A stretch of 64,000 bases of DNA from positions 416,001 to 480,000 of the forward strand of contig CAVXGR010000011.1 of NCBI GenBank assembly GCA_963761335.1. Direction: 5' to 3'. The stretch is from an uncultured delta proteobacterium (GTDB lineage: Bacteria; Desulfobacterota; Binatia; HRBIN30; BPIQ01). The translations under genes and the position numbers were made by a program. Positions 47,698 through 57,387 of this stretch are shown here, one piece after another; the stretch's first letter is position 1, and the number at the start of each line of letters is the position of its first letter. The notes below the pieces were generated by a model, which did not search any database, was not told where the DNA came from, and was given only the letters and a program-made list of their open reading frames with translations.

Positions 47698-49236
47698 CTA
47701 GCCCGCCGTCGGGCGGATCACCACGCTGCGGAACGGGTCGCGGCCGACGCTCTCCGAAGCCAGACCGTACGCCTGTGCCAGCTCGTGCTGCAGGCGCCGC
47801 GCATAGGAGTTCTGCGGTCTCAGGGTGATCGGCTTGCGCTGCGCGATCACCTCGGTGATGGCCTCCTCGGCATCGCGCAGGGCGCGTTCCTGCTCGGCGT
47901 CCACCCCGGGGGGCAGCTCGAAGAGCTCGCGCAGGAACTCGGTGATCTTCGCCTGGGTGTTGCCGTTGATGGTGTACAGCCGGGCGCGCTCCGAGACCAG
48001 CTCGCGCAGCTTCTTGGGGCGTTTCTTCGCCAGCGAACGCAGGGTCACCACGGCGTTGGCGCCGCGCGGGTGGCTGCAGACGCTGGCATCGACACCCAGG
48101 TCGCGGATGGCGCGCTCGAGGCGATCGCGGCTGACGGCGAAGGGGTAGATGCGCAGGGCGCGGCGATCGCCGCGGCTGGCGGCCTCCGCCGCCGGGGCCT
48201 CCGCCATCGCCGGTGCCGGCTCGACGTCGATGCCACCGTCGTCGCGGCGGATGCGAATCTCCGGCCTTGCGGTCTGCCCGCGCAGCAGGGCATCGACCAC
48301 CTGGGCCACGTCCCAGTGAATGGCGAAGCGGGTCTGATCGTGGATCTCGATGAGCACGTCGAAGGTCGGCGGCGCCTTGCGCTCGAGAACCGTCTTCTGG
48401 GTGCGCCGCCGGCGCGCCTCGTCATCGCCGAGGGTGACCGGCTGGATGCCGCCGACCAGGTCGGCGAGCGTCGGGTTGGCGATCAGGTTGTCGAGAGCCG
48501 TACCGTGCGCCGTGGCAATCAGCTGCACGCCGCGCTCGGCGATGGTGCGCGCCGCCAGCGCCTCGGCCTCGGTGCCGATCTCGTCGATCACCACCACCTC
48601 CGGCATGTGGTTCTCGACCGCTTCGATCATCACCGCATGCTGGCGCTCCGGAGACGGCACCTGCATGCGTCGGGCGTGCCCGATGCCGGGGTGCGGAATG
48701 TCGCCGTCGCCGGCAATCTCGTTCGAGGTATCGACGATCACCACCCGCCGCGCCAGCTCGTCGGCGAGCACGCGGGCGGCTTCACGCAGGAGCGTCGTCT
48801 TGCCGACGCCGGGGCGGCCGAGCAGAAGCACGCTCTTCTCGGATTCGATGACGTCGCGGACGATTTCCACGGTGCCGTAGACGGCGCGGCCGACACGACA
48901 GGTGAGGCCGACGACGTGGCCGAGTCGGTTGCGGATGGCGGAGATTCGATGCAGCGTGCGTTCGATGCCGGCACGGTTGTCGCCGGTGAAGCTGCCGACG
49001 CGGGCGGTGACGAAGTCGAGATCCTCGCGGCTCACCGGGGCGCTGCCCAGCGAGATCGCCCGCGAGGGAAAGCGCGCCTCCGGCTCTCGCCCGAGGTCGA
49101 GCACGATCTCGAGCAATGACCCGAGGTCGTGCAGGCGCTCGACCTGTTCCCGCAGACGCGGGGGCATCACCCCCAGCAGCAGGTCGAGGTTGTCGGTAAT
49201 CTCGATTTCGCTCTCTTCTCTCGCCTGGAGGCTCAC
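47698..49236 (-). CDS. Ycf45/SpoIIIAA-like AAA ATPase with C-terminal R3H domain
   Basis: LDLGR.PEARF, NRAGIERTLHRIS, GRPGVGKT, DEIG, RRLQH. Confidence 0.92.
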   Translation of the reverse strand: MSLQAREESEIEITDNLDLLLGVMPPRLREQVERLHDLGSLLEIVLDLGREPEARFPSRAISLGSAPVSREDLDFVTARVGSFTGDNRAGIERTLHRISAIRNRLGHVVGLTCRVGRAVYGTVEIVRDVIESEKSVLLLGRPGVGKTTLLREAARVLADELARRVVIVDTSNEIAGDGDIPHPGIGHARRMQVPSPERQHAVMIEAVENHMPEVVVIDEIGTEAEALAARTIAERGVQLIATAHGTALDNLIANPTLADLVGGIQPVTLGDDEARRRRTQKTVLERKAPPTFDVLIEIHDQTRFAIHWDVAQVVDALLRGQTARPEIRIRRDDGGIDVEPAPAMAEAPAAEAASRGDRRALRIYPFAVSRDRLERAIRDLGVDASVCSHPRGANAVVTLRSLAKKRPKKLRELVSERARLYTINGNTQAKITEFLRELFELPPGVDAEQERALRDAEEAITEVIAQRKPITLRPQNSYARRLQHELAQAYGLASESVGRDPFRSVVIRPTAG

Positions 49237-49242
49237 CGGTAT

Positions 49243-49824
49243 CTACCTCAATTCCGCGCCGTCTGCGCCGCCCGCGGCATCCGTCCGCCGCGGCGCGGGT
49301 GCGCTGCGGCGCGGCTGGCGCGCGCGCTCGGCCGCAGCAACTCCGCCGATGGCATAGAACAGACTCGACTCGCGCTGGTAGAACCCATCGGTATGAAATG
49401 AGTCTGCCAGCTTCAGGTGGGCGTAGTCGAGATGGTGACAGATTTCGTGCAAGACGGTGCGCAGGAATGTCTTGAAGGCGACCACCTGGCCGCGCTTGGC
49501 GGTGATCATCCACACCTTGATGCTTCCCTGTCCTCCGCGCGACGGCGTGTAGAGACCGTGCAGCTCGCCGCGGGCGTTCGAGGGACGCGTCGTGCCCACC
49601 GAGATCTTCACGCGCGGCACCCCGAGGCCGCCGGTGATCTCGTCGGCGATGGCCTGCGAGACCTTCTCGACCTGAATGCGGCTGCCGCTCTGCAGCGTCG
49701 GGGCGAGCAGCGCCACCGCGTGCCGCAATCGAGGGCTCGCGGTGAGCAGGATGGAGGATGTGGCGTTGCTGCGGTCGTATATCTTCTGCTGCGTACGGTT
49801 CAGCCGATGGCGGAAGTTGGGCAC
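49243..49824 (-). CDS. Hypothetical protein with HExxH zinc motif (SprT-like)
   Basis: LHGLY, LRTVLHEICHHLD, HTDGFY. Confidence 0.75.
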   Translation of the reverse strand: MPNFRHRLNRTQQKIYDRSNATSSILLTASPRLRHAVALLAPTLQSGSRIQVEKVSQAIADEITGGLGVPRVKISVGTTRPSNARGELHGLYTPSRGGQGSIKVWMITAKRGQVVAFKTFLRTVLHEICHHLDYAHLKLADSFHTDGFYQRESSLFYAIGGVAAAERARQPRRSAPAPRRTDAAGGADGAELR

Positions 49825-50076
49825 CGTTCTTCACCTCCCCGACCCGCAGCGCGAGTCTTCCCCTCGCCTCTCACCTGCACTGAACGGAGCCTGCCGGGCG
49901 CCGGCGCTCGGCAGCACCACTGACCGTCCTCACGGCCCATCACCTACTCCTTTCCATGGAGCGAGCGGCGCCGAATGTCAATGACTGAATGCGCGGCGGC
50001 ACGTTGAATGCGCGGCGGCACGTTGACTGCCCGGCAGCGCGGTGTTGTAGTCGCCACCACAGAGCGCGCCGAGACG

Positions 50077-51441
50077 ATGTCCGACTGGCTCCGCCAACTG
50101 CAGACCGCGATTCCGGCCGAGCGCGTTTCCACGCGCGCCTCCGATCTCGAGGCCGCGAGCCGCGACGAGTCGACCCTGCCACCGCAGCGTCCCGCCGCCG
50201 TCGCCTGGCCGCTGCACACCGGGGAGGTGGAGGCGGCGGTGCGCGCGGCGCGCCACCACGGCGTCGCGGTGACGGCGCGCGGCGCCGGCTCCAGCCTCGA
50301 GGGCAACTCCATTCCGCAGGAAGGTGGGCTCGTCCTCGATCTGACGCGCATGGACCGCGTCCTCGCCGTGGAGCCGGCCGACATGCTGGTGCGCGTGCAG
50401 CCAGGCGTCGTCTACGCGCGCCTCAACCGGGAGCTCGAGCCCACCGGTCTCTTCTTCCCCCCGCACCCGGGCGGCAGCGCCGAGGTGGCCACCGTCGGCG
50501 GCATGACGGCGACCAACGCCAGCGGCATCTACTCGGTGCGCTACGGAGGCACGCGCGACTACGTGCGCGCCGCCACCGTGGTCACCGGCACCGGCGCAGT
50601 GCTGCGCCTCGGCAGCGCCTGCCGCAAGATCTCGTCCGGCTACCATCTCATCGGCCTGATCGTCGGCGCCGAAGGCACTCTCGGGATCGCCACCGAGATC
50701 ACCCTGGCGCTGGCGCCGCTGCCAGTAGCGCGGCGGCGCTTCGCCTTGCGCTTCCCGCGCGAGGAGGACGCCGGGGCGGCGATCGCCGCGATGATGCGCT
50801 TCGGCGTGCCGCTGGCCGCCGTGGAATTTCTTGATCGTCGCTGCGTCGCCGCGGTGAACCGCTACCGCCGCAGCTCCGTACCCGAGGAGCCGCTGATCCT
50901 CCTCGAGGCGCACGGCAGCACCCGCGACCTCGACGACCAGGAGCAAGCCGCCACCGATCTCGCCGTCGAGCATCGCGGTACGCGCCTGGAGGCCGGCACC
51001 GGCGGCGACCCCTGGTCGCTGCGCGAGCACGTCACCCGCGCCATCCAGTCACTGCAGCCCGAGGCGCAGATGCTGCGCACCGACCTCGCCTTTCCGGTGT
51101 CGCGGCTCGCCGCCATCGTGTGCCGCAGCCACCAGCGCGCCGCTCAGCTCGGCGTGACGCTGCACACCTTCGGCCACGCCGGCCTGGGGATTCTGCACGC
51201 CCTCATCCTCGCCCGCCGCACCGAGGCGCGCGCCTGGGAGTGCGCCGCGACGCTCAAGGACGACCTGGTCGAGCTGGTCCTCGACGCCGGCGGCTCGGTC
51301 TCCGGCGAGCACGGGCTCGGCCTCGGCAACCGCAAGTACGCCCGCCGCGAGCACGGCGACGCCATCGACGTGATGCGGGCGGTGAAGGCGGTTTTCGACC
51401 CGGACGGTATTCTCAACCCGGGAAAGATCTGGGAGGCCTGA
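50077..51441 (+). CDS. FAD-linked oxidase (D-lactate dehydrogenase/GlcD family)
   Basis: RGAGSSLEG, TVGGM.ATNASG, GAEGTLG, GHAG.G.LH, GEHGLG, LNPGK. Confidence 0.93.
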   Translation: MSDWLRQLQTAIPAERVSTRASDLEAASRDESTLPPQRPAAVAWPLHTGEVEAAVRAARHHGVAVTARGAGSSLEGNSIPQEGGLVLDLTRMDRVLAVEPADMLVRVQPGVVYARLNRELEPTGLFFPPHPGGSAEVATVGGMTATNASGIYSVRYGGTRDYVRAATVVTGTGAVLRLGSACRKISSGYHLIGLIVGAEGTLGIATEITLALAPLPVARRRFALRFPREEDAGAAIAAMMRFGVPLAAVEFLDRRCVAAVNRYRRSSVPEEPLILLEAHGSTRDLDDQEQAATDLAVEHRGTRLEAGTGGDPWSLREHVTRAIQSLQPEAQMLRTDLAFPVSRLAAIVCRSHQRAAQLGVTLHTFGHAGLGILHALILARRTEARAWECAATLKDDLVELVLDAGGSVSGEHGLGLGNRKYARREHGDAIDVMRAVKAVFDPDGILNPGKIWEA

Positions 51442-51462
51442 GCCGCCTCCGCAAGCAGGCCG

Positions 51463-51873
51463 CTACGGAGGTGTCTGCCCGGCGCTGCCGCTCGGCGTCG
51501 GCGTCGCCACCGGGCCGGCGAGCGAGCTCCGCGACTTCGCCTGATTGAGCAGCGCCGTGCGCACCCGGTCGACCAGGCGCTGCTCCGACTGCACGTGCCG
51601 CTCGATGTCGCGAAACTCCTCCAGCGAAACGCCGCGCCCGGCGAGCACCTTGTCGAGAGTGAGGTCGTGGTCCGCCTGCATCTCGGTGTAGACCGAGATG
51701 AACAGGTTCAGCTGATCCTCCGAAACCTTGCTTTCGGCTCCTCCGTCCTCGACCTCTTGGGCCTCCGGAGAGGGCATATGATGCGGCCAGTGCGCCAGCT
51801 GAATGCCGCAGAGGACACCGACGGCAAGCCCCGCAATCAGAACCAGCTCCCAGCGCCTCATGCGCGGCTCCAT
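51463..51873 (-). CDS. Hypothetical protein with N-terminal TM/signal (DUF4168-like)
   Basis: VSEDQLNLF...GVSLEEF; plausible composition and upstream SD-like sequence. Confidence 0.65.
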   Translation of the reverse strand: MEPRMRRWELVLIAGLAVGVLCGIQLAHWPHHMPSPEAQEVEDGGAESKVSEDQLNLFISVYTEMQADHDLTLDKVLAGRGVSLEEFRDIERHVQSEQRLVDRVRTALLNQAKSRSSLAGPVATPTPSGSAGQTPP

Positions 51874-52114
51874 CGGCGGAGCAGGCAGCGGCGCTCCTCA
51901 GGGCAGTGGTGAGTCCGAGGTGGGGGTTTCATTCGCTCGCTGGACGGTGCGCGTCGGCCTGCATGCCTGCGTGTCATCCTGTCCCTCGCCTCAGAGCGAG
52001 TCAAGCCGGCTCCGCCGCCGTGCGGGCTCCGCCGCCGTGCGGGCTCCGCCGCCGGGTGGTCTAAATTGCCGATCCGACCTTCCTGTTGTGCTTCCCCGGC
52101 TCGGGGAAAGGTCT

Positions 52115-52252
52115 CCTCTCCCCGCATTCTTTTCGCGGGGAGAGGATCAAGGTGAGGGGCTTCTTTCACTGAAAGTTCACGATTTCTGCGGCGTTCAAGA
52201 AGATCCGAGCCCTCACCCTGGCCCTCTTCCCGCGAAACAATGCGGGAGAGGG
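52115..52252. repeat. About 140-bp CCCTCACCC-type doublet (inverted copy of 46700)
   Basis: Two facing CCTCTCCCCGC...GCGGGGAGAGG hairpins with GGTGAGGG/CCCTCACCC arms. Confidence 0.85.
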
Positions 52253-52484
52253 AACCCGCGCTCGCACCGTCGTGAAGACAACCGCAGTCGTTGTCAATGG
52301 GGCATGTTCCCCGACTTAGACAGTACCCGCCGCCGGTGTTGTGCTGCGCGGAGAGTTTCGCTAGCTTCCCCGCTGGCATGGGCCGAAGTGCCGGGAGGGG
52401 GAGGACTCCGGCGTCGTGATCACTACAGCCCGCGATGCGGAAACACCCGCCGCCATCATCTCTTCCCGGAGCCTCGACCGCCGA

Positions 52485-54287
52485 ATGACCATTCGCCGAG
52501 CCTGTCTGCTGTGCACCCTGGCGCTGGCCGTGGTCATCTCCGCGGGCACGGCGCGGGCGCAGCGCGTCGGCGACGCCGACTGCGACGGGGAGATCACCGC
52601 GCAAGACGAGCAGGCCCTGCTCGAGCGCCTCTACGTGCCCGACGATTGCGGTAATGCCGATGCCAACCTGGACGGTTGGACCAGCGCCGCCGACCTGATC
52701 GCCCTGGAGCAACTGATCGTTCTGCCGACACCCACCCCAACCGCCACGCCGACGGCGACTCCGGGGTTGGGACCGCGCCTCACCTACCTCGGCGTGGCCA
52801 CCGCCGCGGGCGTTCTGCTGACGCCGAGCGAGTACACCACCGCCGGCACGCCGATCATCGATCGCTTCTCCGGAAGCGGATTCAGAATCGTGGTCGAGGC
52901 GGCTCCCGGACAGCTGCACACCGACATCGGCCGCAGCGTCTTCAACAGCGTTCCCGGCGATCCCACCGCGCTTCCCGATCTGCAGATCGTCTCCAGCCGC
53001 TCGCTCGGCAATGGCAGCCCCGTGGTATGCAACGACGGCGGCGTGCCCGGTTTCGATCCGCCGCGTTTCGACGGCGAGCAGGCGATTGCCGACGCCGTGA
53101 ACGACCTCGCCTGCCGCTTCACCGTGGCCACCACGCGCGGAGGCGTGTGCACCGTGGATGCCTTCGACACGTTCAACTTCGCCAGCCCCGACAGCCGCCA
53201 GCAGTTCTGCCTGCTGGTCACCCAGTCGACGGCTCTTCCCCCCGGCGACACCCACCTGCTGGTGCGCGTGCGCGACATTCTCGGCAACCTGAGCGCGCCG
53301 GCCGAGGTGATCGTGCGCATTCCCGGCGGGACGCCGACCGCCACCCCGTCGCAAACGTCGGTGCCGCCGACACGTACGCCGACGTCGACGCGAACGCCGT
53401 CAGCGACGCGCACGCCGACCTACACCGCGGCCGTCACCTCGACTCCCAGCCCCACCGCGACGCGCACGGCGACCCGAACGCCGACCTCGACTCCACCGCC
53501 CACCGCGACCTCCTTCGGCACGCGCACGCCGACCTCCGCCACCTCGACGCCGACGCGCAGCGGCACGGCGACCGCCACTCGCACCGCCAGCGCCTCCCCG
53601 AGCGCCTCGGCGACCCGTACGCGCACCGCATCGCCGACGCGCACCGTCCCGCCACCTTCGCCGACGCCGACACAGACGCCGGCACCGACGGCGCGTCCGG
53701 TGATCACGTTCTTTGGGCTTACCTACGCGAACAATACACTGATAGTCTCCACAGAGAGCGCCCCGGACGGTATTCCGATCTATGATCGCCCCGTCGGCTC
53801 TGGTTTCAACATCGTCGTCGAAGGCAAGAAGGGGATCATTCCCGGCCCTCCCGATCACCCCGGACCGGCGCTGGGTCAGAGCAGCTACGAGCCCGGCGAT
53901 CGCCCGGACCTGCAAATCGAGGTCAATCGCTCTCTCGGCAACGGCAGCCCAGCCGTGTGCGACAACACACCGCCGGACGATGGCGGCATACCGGCGATCA
54001 ATCCGCCGGATTTCTCCGAAACCTCCACCATCGACGACACCCTCAACGACTTCGGCTGCCGCTTCGTCGACGGCAGCGGCGAGCCTAAAGGTCGGACCAG
54101 CGACGGCTGCGTCCTGTTCGACAACGGCGAGTTCGGTTTCGTGAGCGCCGATTCGATTATTCAGTTCTGCGGCGGGGTGAACCCGATCATGCTCTTTCCC
54201 CGTGGCGACACTCTGGTGAGCGTACGCCTTCGCGACGTCAACGGCGCCACCAGCGAGGTTTCGAAGCTGATCGTGCGCGTGCCGTAG
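52485..54287 (+). CDS. Secreted protein: dockerin-like module plus two copies of a Cys-containing domain joined by a Thr/Pro linker
   Basis: Signal peptide; GDADCDGEIT..D / ADANLDG...ADL; the block GSGF.IVVE...PDLQI...LGNGSP.VC...ND..CRF...QFC...GDT occurs twice. Confidence 0.85.
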   Translation: MTIRRACLLCTLALAVVISAGTARAQRVGDADCDGEITAQDEQALLERLYVPDDCGNADANLDGWTSAADLIALEQLIVLPTPTPTATPTATPGLGPRLTYLGVATAAGVLLTPSEYTTAGTPIIDRFSGSGFRIVVEAAPGQLHTDIGRSVFNSVPGDPTALPDLQIVSSRSLGNGSPVVCNDGGVPGFDPPRFDGEQAIADAVNDLACRFTVATTRGGVCTVDAFDTFNFASPDSRQQFCLLVTQSTALPPGDTHLLVRVRDILGNLSAPAEVIVRIPGGTPTATPSQTSVPPTRTPTSTRTPSATRTPTYTAAVTSTPSPTATRTATRTPTSTPPPTATSFGTRTPTSATSTPTRSGTATATRTASASPSASATRTRTASPTRTVPPPSPTPTQTPAPTARPVITFFGLTYANNTLIVSTESAPDGIPIYDRPVGSGFNIVVEGKKGIIPGPPDHPGPALGQSSYEPGDRPDLQIEVNRSLGNGSPAVCDNTPPDDGGIPAINPPDFSETSTIDDTLNDFGCRFVDGSGEPKGRTSDGCVLFDNGEFGFVSADSIIQFCGGVNPIMLFPRGDTLVSVRLRDVNGATSEVSKLIVRVP

Positions 54288-54305
54288 CGGCAGGGCCAGG
54301 CAGAA

Positions 54306-55207
54306 GGGGACAGTGCGTCATGAGCCTTACGGCTCACCAATAAACGATGAAAATGAGGCCGGGGATCTGCTCCGGCAAGAGACTCGAAGGTCCTCGCCCG
54401 GGCGAAGTTCGCCCCGGAGGGGCGGTGGCGTGTAGCCCCGGGTGAAACCCGGGGAAGAATGCGCGCTCCGTCAGGCGCGCCCCGCCAGGGGCGCGGGCAA
54501 GTTTTCGTCGATGTCACGCCTGTACGCCGATGCTCACCGCTGGGTGCGTGGGACGCTCATCGACGTGATTCACGCGGCCTCTACGCCTGCGCCCCTGCGG
54601 GGCGATAAGCCTCCACCCCAGCGCCGGGACTCCACCAGACCTTCACCCAACAGATTTTCGAAGCAGTGCCTCATGAGCCTTGCGGCTCGCCAGTAGACGA
54701 TGAAAATGAGGGCGGGGTTCTCACCCGGGAAAAGATTTGGCGGTTCTCGCCTGGGCGAAGTTCGCCCCGGAGGGGCGGTGGCGTGTAGCCCCGGGTGAAA
54801 CCCGGGGAAGAATGCGCGCTCCGTCATGGGCGCCCCGCCAGGGGCGCGGGCAAGTTTTCGTCGATGTCACGCCTGTGCGCCGATGATCACCGCTGGGTGC
54901 GTGGGAAGCTCATCGACTTGACTCACGCGGCCTCTACGCCTGCGCCCCTGCGGGGCGCTGATCTGGGCCAATCGGAACGCGGTCCCCGGGTTGACACCCG
55001 GGGCTACATGCCTGCGCCGCTTCGCGGCGATCAGCCTCCACGCCAAGCGCCGGGGCTCCGACAGACCCTCCGGGGCGATCAGCCTCCACGCCAAGCGCCG
55101 GTGCGCTCCGCCAGACCTTCACCCAACAGATTTTCGAAGCAGGCTACTTTTGCGCCCGCGAAATCTCCTGAGGGCGACGGCCTCATTCGCAAAAGTTGCC
55201 TGTCCCC
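54306..55207 (+). mobile_element. Nested fold-back element locus B: head-to-tail dimer (54314-54666, 54667-55142)
   Basis: GGGGACAG|unit|unit|GCTACTTTTGCG...CGCAAAAGTTGCCTGTCCCC. Confidence 0.82.
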
Positions 55208-55222
55208 GCAGGCAGGGGCGGC

Positions 55223-55301
55223 GGGGACAGGCAACTCTTCGGCGAGCAGCGCCGCGACTTTCGACGCGGCGACACTTTGCGCCGAAAAGGAGCCAGTCCC
55301 C
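55223..55301. repeat. Unoccupied GGGGACAG-family hairpin (putative empty target)
   Basis: GGGGACAGGCAACTCTTCGGCG...CGCCGAAAAGGAGCCAGTCCCC. Confidence 0.8.
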
Positions 55302-55314
55302 TTCTGCGCCGAGG

Positions 55315-55515
55315 TCAGTCCGCGGGGTGCAGGTCCTGATCGCCGAGCCAGAGCTTGCAGCCGTCGAGAAGCCCTGGGATCTCGCGCTCGAAATGCACCA
55401 GGTACTTGTTGACCTTGCCCGGATCGAAGGCGACCACCCGTCCCTGCTCACCAGCGCACTTCCAGTGACGGTTGTTGACTCTGACGCGGTCGTTGACTCC
55501 CAAGCTGTTTGGCAT
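55315..55515 (-). CDS. Small beta-rich (SH3/KOW-like) hypothetical protein
   Basis: GGAGAGG SD; LGVNDRVRV...GEQGRVV...YLVHF pattern. Confidence 0.6.
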   Translation of the reverse strand: MPNSLGVNDRVRVNNRHWKCAGEQGRVVAFDPGKVNKYLVHFEREIPGLLDGCKLWLGDQDLHPAD

Positions 55516-55742
55516 CTTCAACCTCTCCGCAAGGCAGGGATTTCAAGGAACATGCCAGGGACGCACGCAAACCGATTCTGTAATCCATTTCTCGCTGAGA
55601 GCCGCGGCCGTGCCTCATTGCGCGTCACTGCGAGTAAATTGTGCGGTCGCAGAGCAGTGCGGCCAAGATGGCTGCGCTCCCCAGAGGGAAGCTTGCGAGA
55701 CTCGCGGGTTTGCGGCTTAATCGGTAGGCAGGTGACATCGCC

Positions 55743-56483
55743 ATGCGTCGGGACGGGAAGCGCGAGCGGGCCCGTCGCCAAGCGGAGGATCTGGAGCACC
55801 GGCCCTTCAGATTTCTCGGTCGGGCGATCGGCGCCCAGGGGGAGAAGCCGGCGGCGCCGCGCCTCCGGCACCGGAGAGCCGACGAGCAGGTGGAGGCACC
55901 GAACGGCAACGACCTCTTCCTCCGCGAGATGGCCAACGTCGTGCCGCTCGACCCGAGCCAGCGCCAGCGCGTTGCCACACCTCCGCCGGCGGACGCCACG
56001 CGACCGCTGATCGACGCAGAGGCGGAGGCGCTGGCCGAGCTCTCCGACCTGGTGGCCGGCCGCTCGGCGTTCGACCTCGCCGACACCGACACCTATCTCG
56101 AAGGCGCGGTCGCCGGCCTCGACCCGCGAGTGCTGCGCAAGCTGCGCGCCGGCGAGTTCGTCGCCCAGGCACATCTCGATCTCCACGGCCTGACTGCCGA
56201 GGAGGCGCGGCACGAGGTGGACCGGTTTCTGATCGAGTCGTACCGCGCCGGGCGGCGCTGCGTGCTGATCGTCCACGGCAAGGGACGCAACTCGAAGGAC
56301 CAGGTACCGGTCCTCAAGCTCCGCCTGAAGAGCTGGCTGGCGCGCGGGCAGTGGTCACGCCTGCTGCTGGCCTTCACCTCGGCACGCGCCTGCGACGGTG
56401 GCACCGGCGCCATCTACGTCTTGCTGCGGCGCGAGCGCGCCTCGAAGCGCAAGATCCACGTGCTCGAAGGCGCCAAGCGCTGA
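55743..56483 (+). CDS. Smr/MutS2 C-terminal domain protein
   Basis: LRKLRAG, LDLHGLT, LIVHGKG..S, GGTGAIYVLLR. Confidence 0.92.
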   Translation: MRRDGKRERARRQAEDLEHRPFRFLGRAIGAQGEKPAAPRLRHRRADEQVEAPNGNDLFLREMANVVPLDPSQRQRVATPPPADATRPLIDAEAEALAELSDLVAGRSAFDLADTDTYLEGAVAGLDPRVLRKLRAGEFVAQAHLDLHGLTAEEARHEVDRFLIESYRAGRRCVLIVHGKGRNSKDQVPVLKLRLKSWLARGQWSRLLLAFTSARACDGGTGAIYVLLRRERASKRKIHVLEGAKR

Positions 56484-56541
56484 ATCCCGCTTGCGCCAAG
56501 CCCGGCGGCCGCCTAGAGCTGGCGGGCAAGGAGGATTTGCG

Positions 56542-57384
56542 ATGAAGTACGGCGTCCTGATGTTCGCGGCCGATTACGCCATGCGCCCCGACGACCTCGC
56601 GGTCGCCGCGGAGCAGCGCGGCTTCGAGTCGATCTTCTTCCCCGAGCACACCCACATTCCCGCGAGTCGCAAATCTCCCTACCCGGCCGGCGGCGATCTG
56701 CCCAAGGAGTACTGGCACACGCACGACCTGTTCGTCGCCCTGGCCGCCGCCGCGGCCGTGACCAAGACCATCAAGCTCGGTACCGGCATCTGCCTGCTGG
56801 TCGAGCGCGATCCGATCATCACCGCCAAGGAGGTCGCCAGCCTCGATCTTCTCTCCCAGGGGCGCATCATCTTCGGCATCGGCGGCGGCTGGAACGCCGA
56901 GGAGATGGGCAACCACGGCACCGTCTTCAAGACGCGCTGGAAGCTGCTGCGCGAACGCGTGCTGGCGATGAAGGAGATCTGGACCAAGGAGGAAGCCGAG
57001 TTCCACGGCGAGCTCGTCGACTTCGACCCGATCTGGTCGTATCCGAAGCCGGTGCAGAAGCCGCATCCGCCGATCCTGCTCGGCGGTCACACGCCGCAGG
57101 CGCGGCAGCGCGTCGTCGACTACTGTGACGGCTGGCTGCCGATCGGCCAGCGGGGCGACGCCATCCTCGAGGGCATCGCCGACCTGAAGGCGCGGGGCCG
57201 CGCCGCCGGCAAGAATCCCAGCGTCAGCGTCTTCGGCGCTCCCGCCGACCTCGACATGCTGAAGCGCTTCGCCGACGCCGGCGTGGAGCGCGCCATCTTC
57301 TGGGTTCCGCCCGTGGACAGGGAGAAGGTCCTGCCGATCCTCGACAACTACGCGTCGGTCGCCGACAAGGGCGCGGCGCTCTGA
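56542..57384 (+). CDS. LLM class F420-dependent oxidoreductase
   Basis: GFES.FFPEHTHIP, LGTGICL..ERDPI..AKEVASLD, GWNAEEM, PKPVQKPHPP. Confidence 0.92.
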   Translation: MKYGVLMFAADYAMRPDDLAVAAEQRGFESIFFPEHTHIPASRKSPYPAGGDLPKEYWHTHDLFVALAAAAAVTKTIKLGTGICLLVERDPIITAKEVASLDLLSQGRIIFGIGGGWNAEEMGNHGTVFKTRWKLLRERVLAMKEIWTKEEAEFHGELVDFDPIWSYPKPVQKPHPPILLGGHTPQARQRVVDYCDGWLPIGQRGDAILEGIADLKARGRAAGKNPSVSVFGAPADLDMLKRFADAGVERAIFWVPPVDREKVLPILDNYASVADKGAAL

Positions 57385-57387
57385 GAT

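Noticed and set aside
49986..50023. 19-bp tandem duplication TGAATGCGCGGCGGCACGT between divergent genes
   Set aside because: It could be an operator, but there is no supporting regulator or further copy, so slippage is equally likely.
53330..53695. DNA-level repeats (ACGCCGAC) as a non-coding array
   Set aside because: Explained by the Thr/Pro linker coding sequence; the same applies at 21500-21900.
54306..55301. Integron attC sites or cassette array
   Set aside because: No RYYYAAC...GTTRRRY boundaries, flanking genes are mixed-orientation core-type genes, and there is no integrase.
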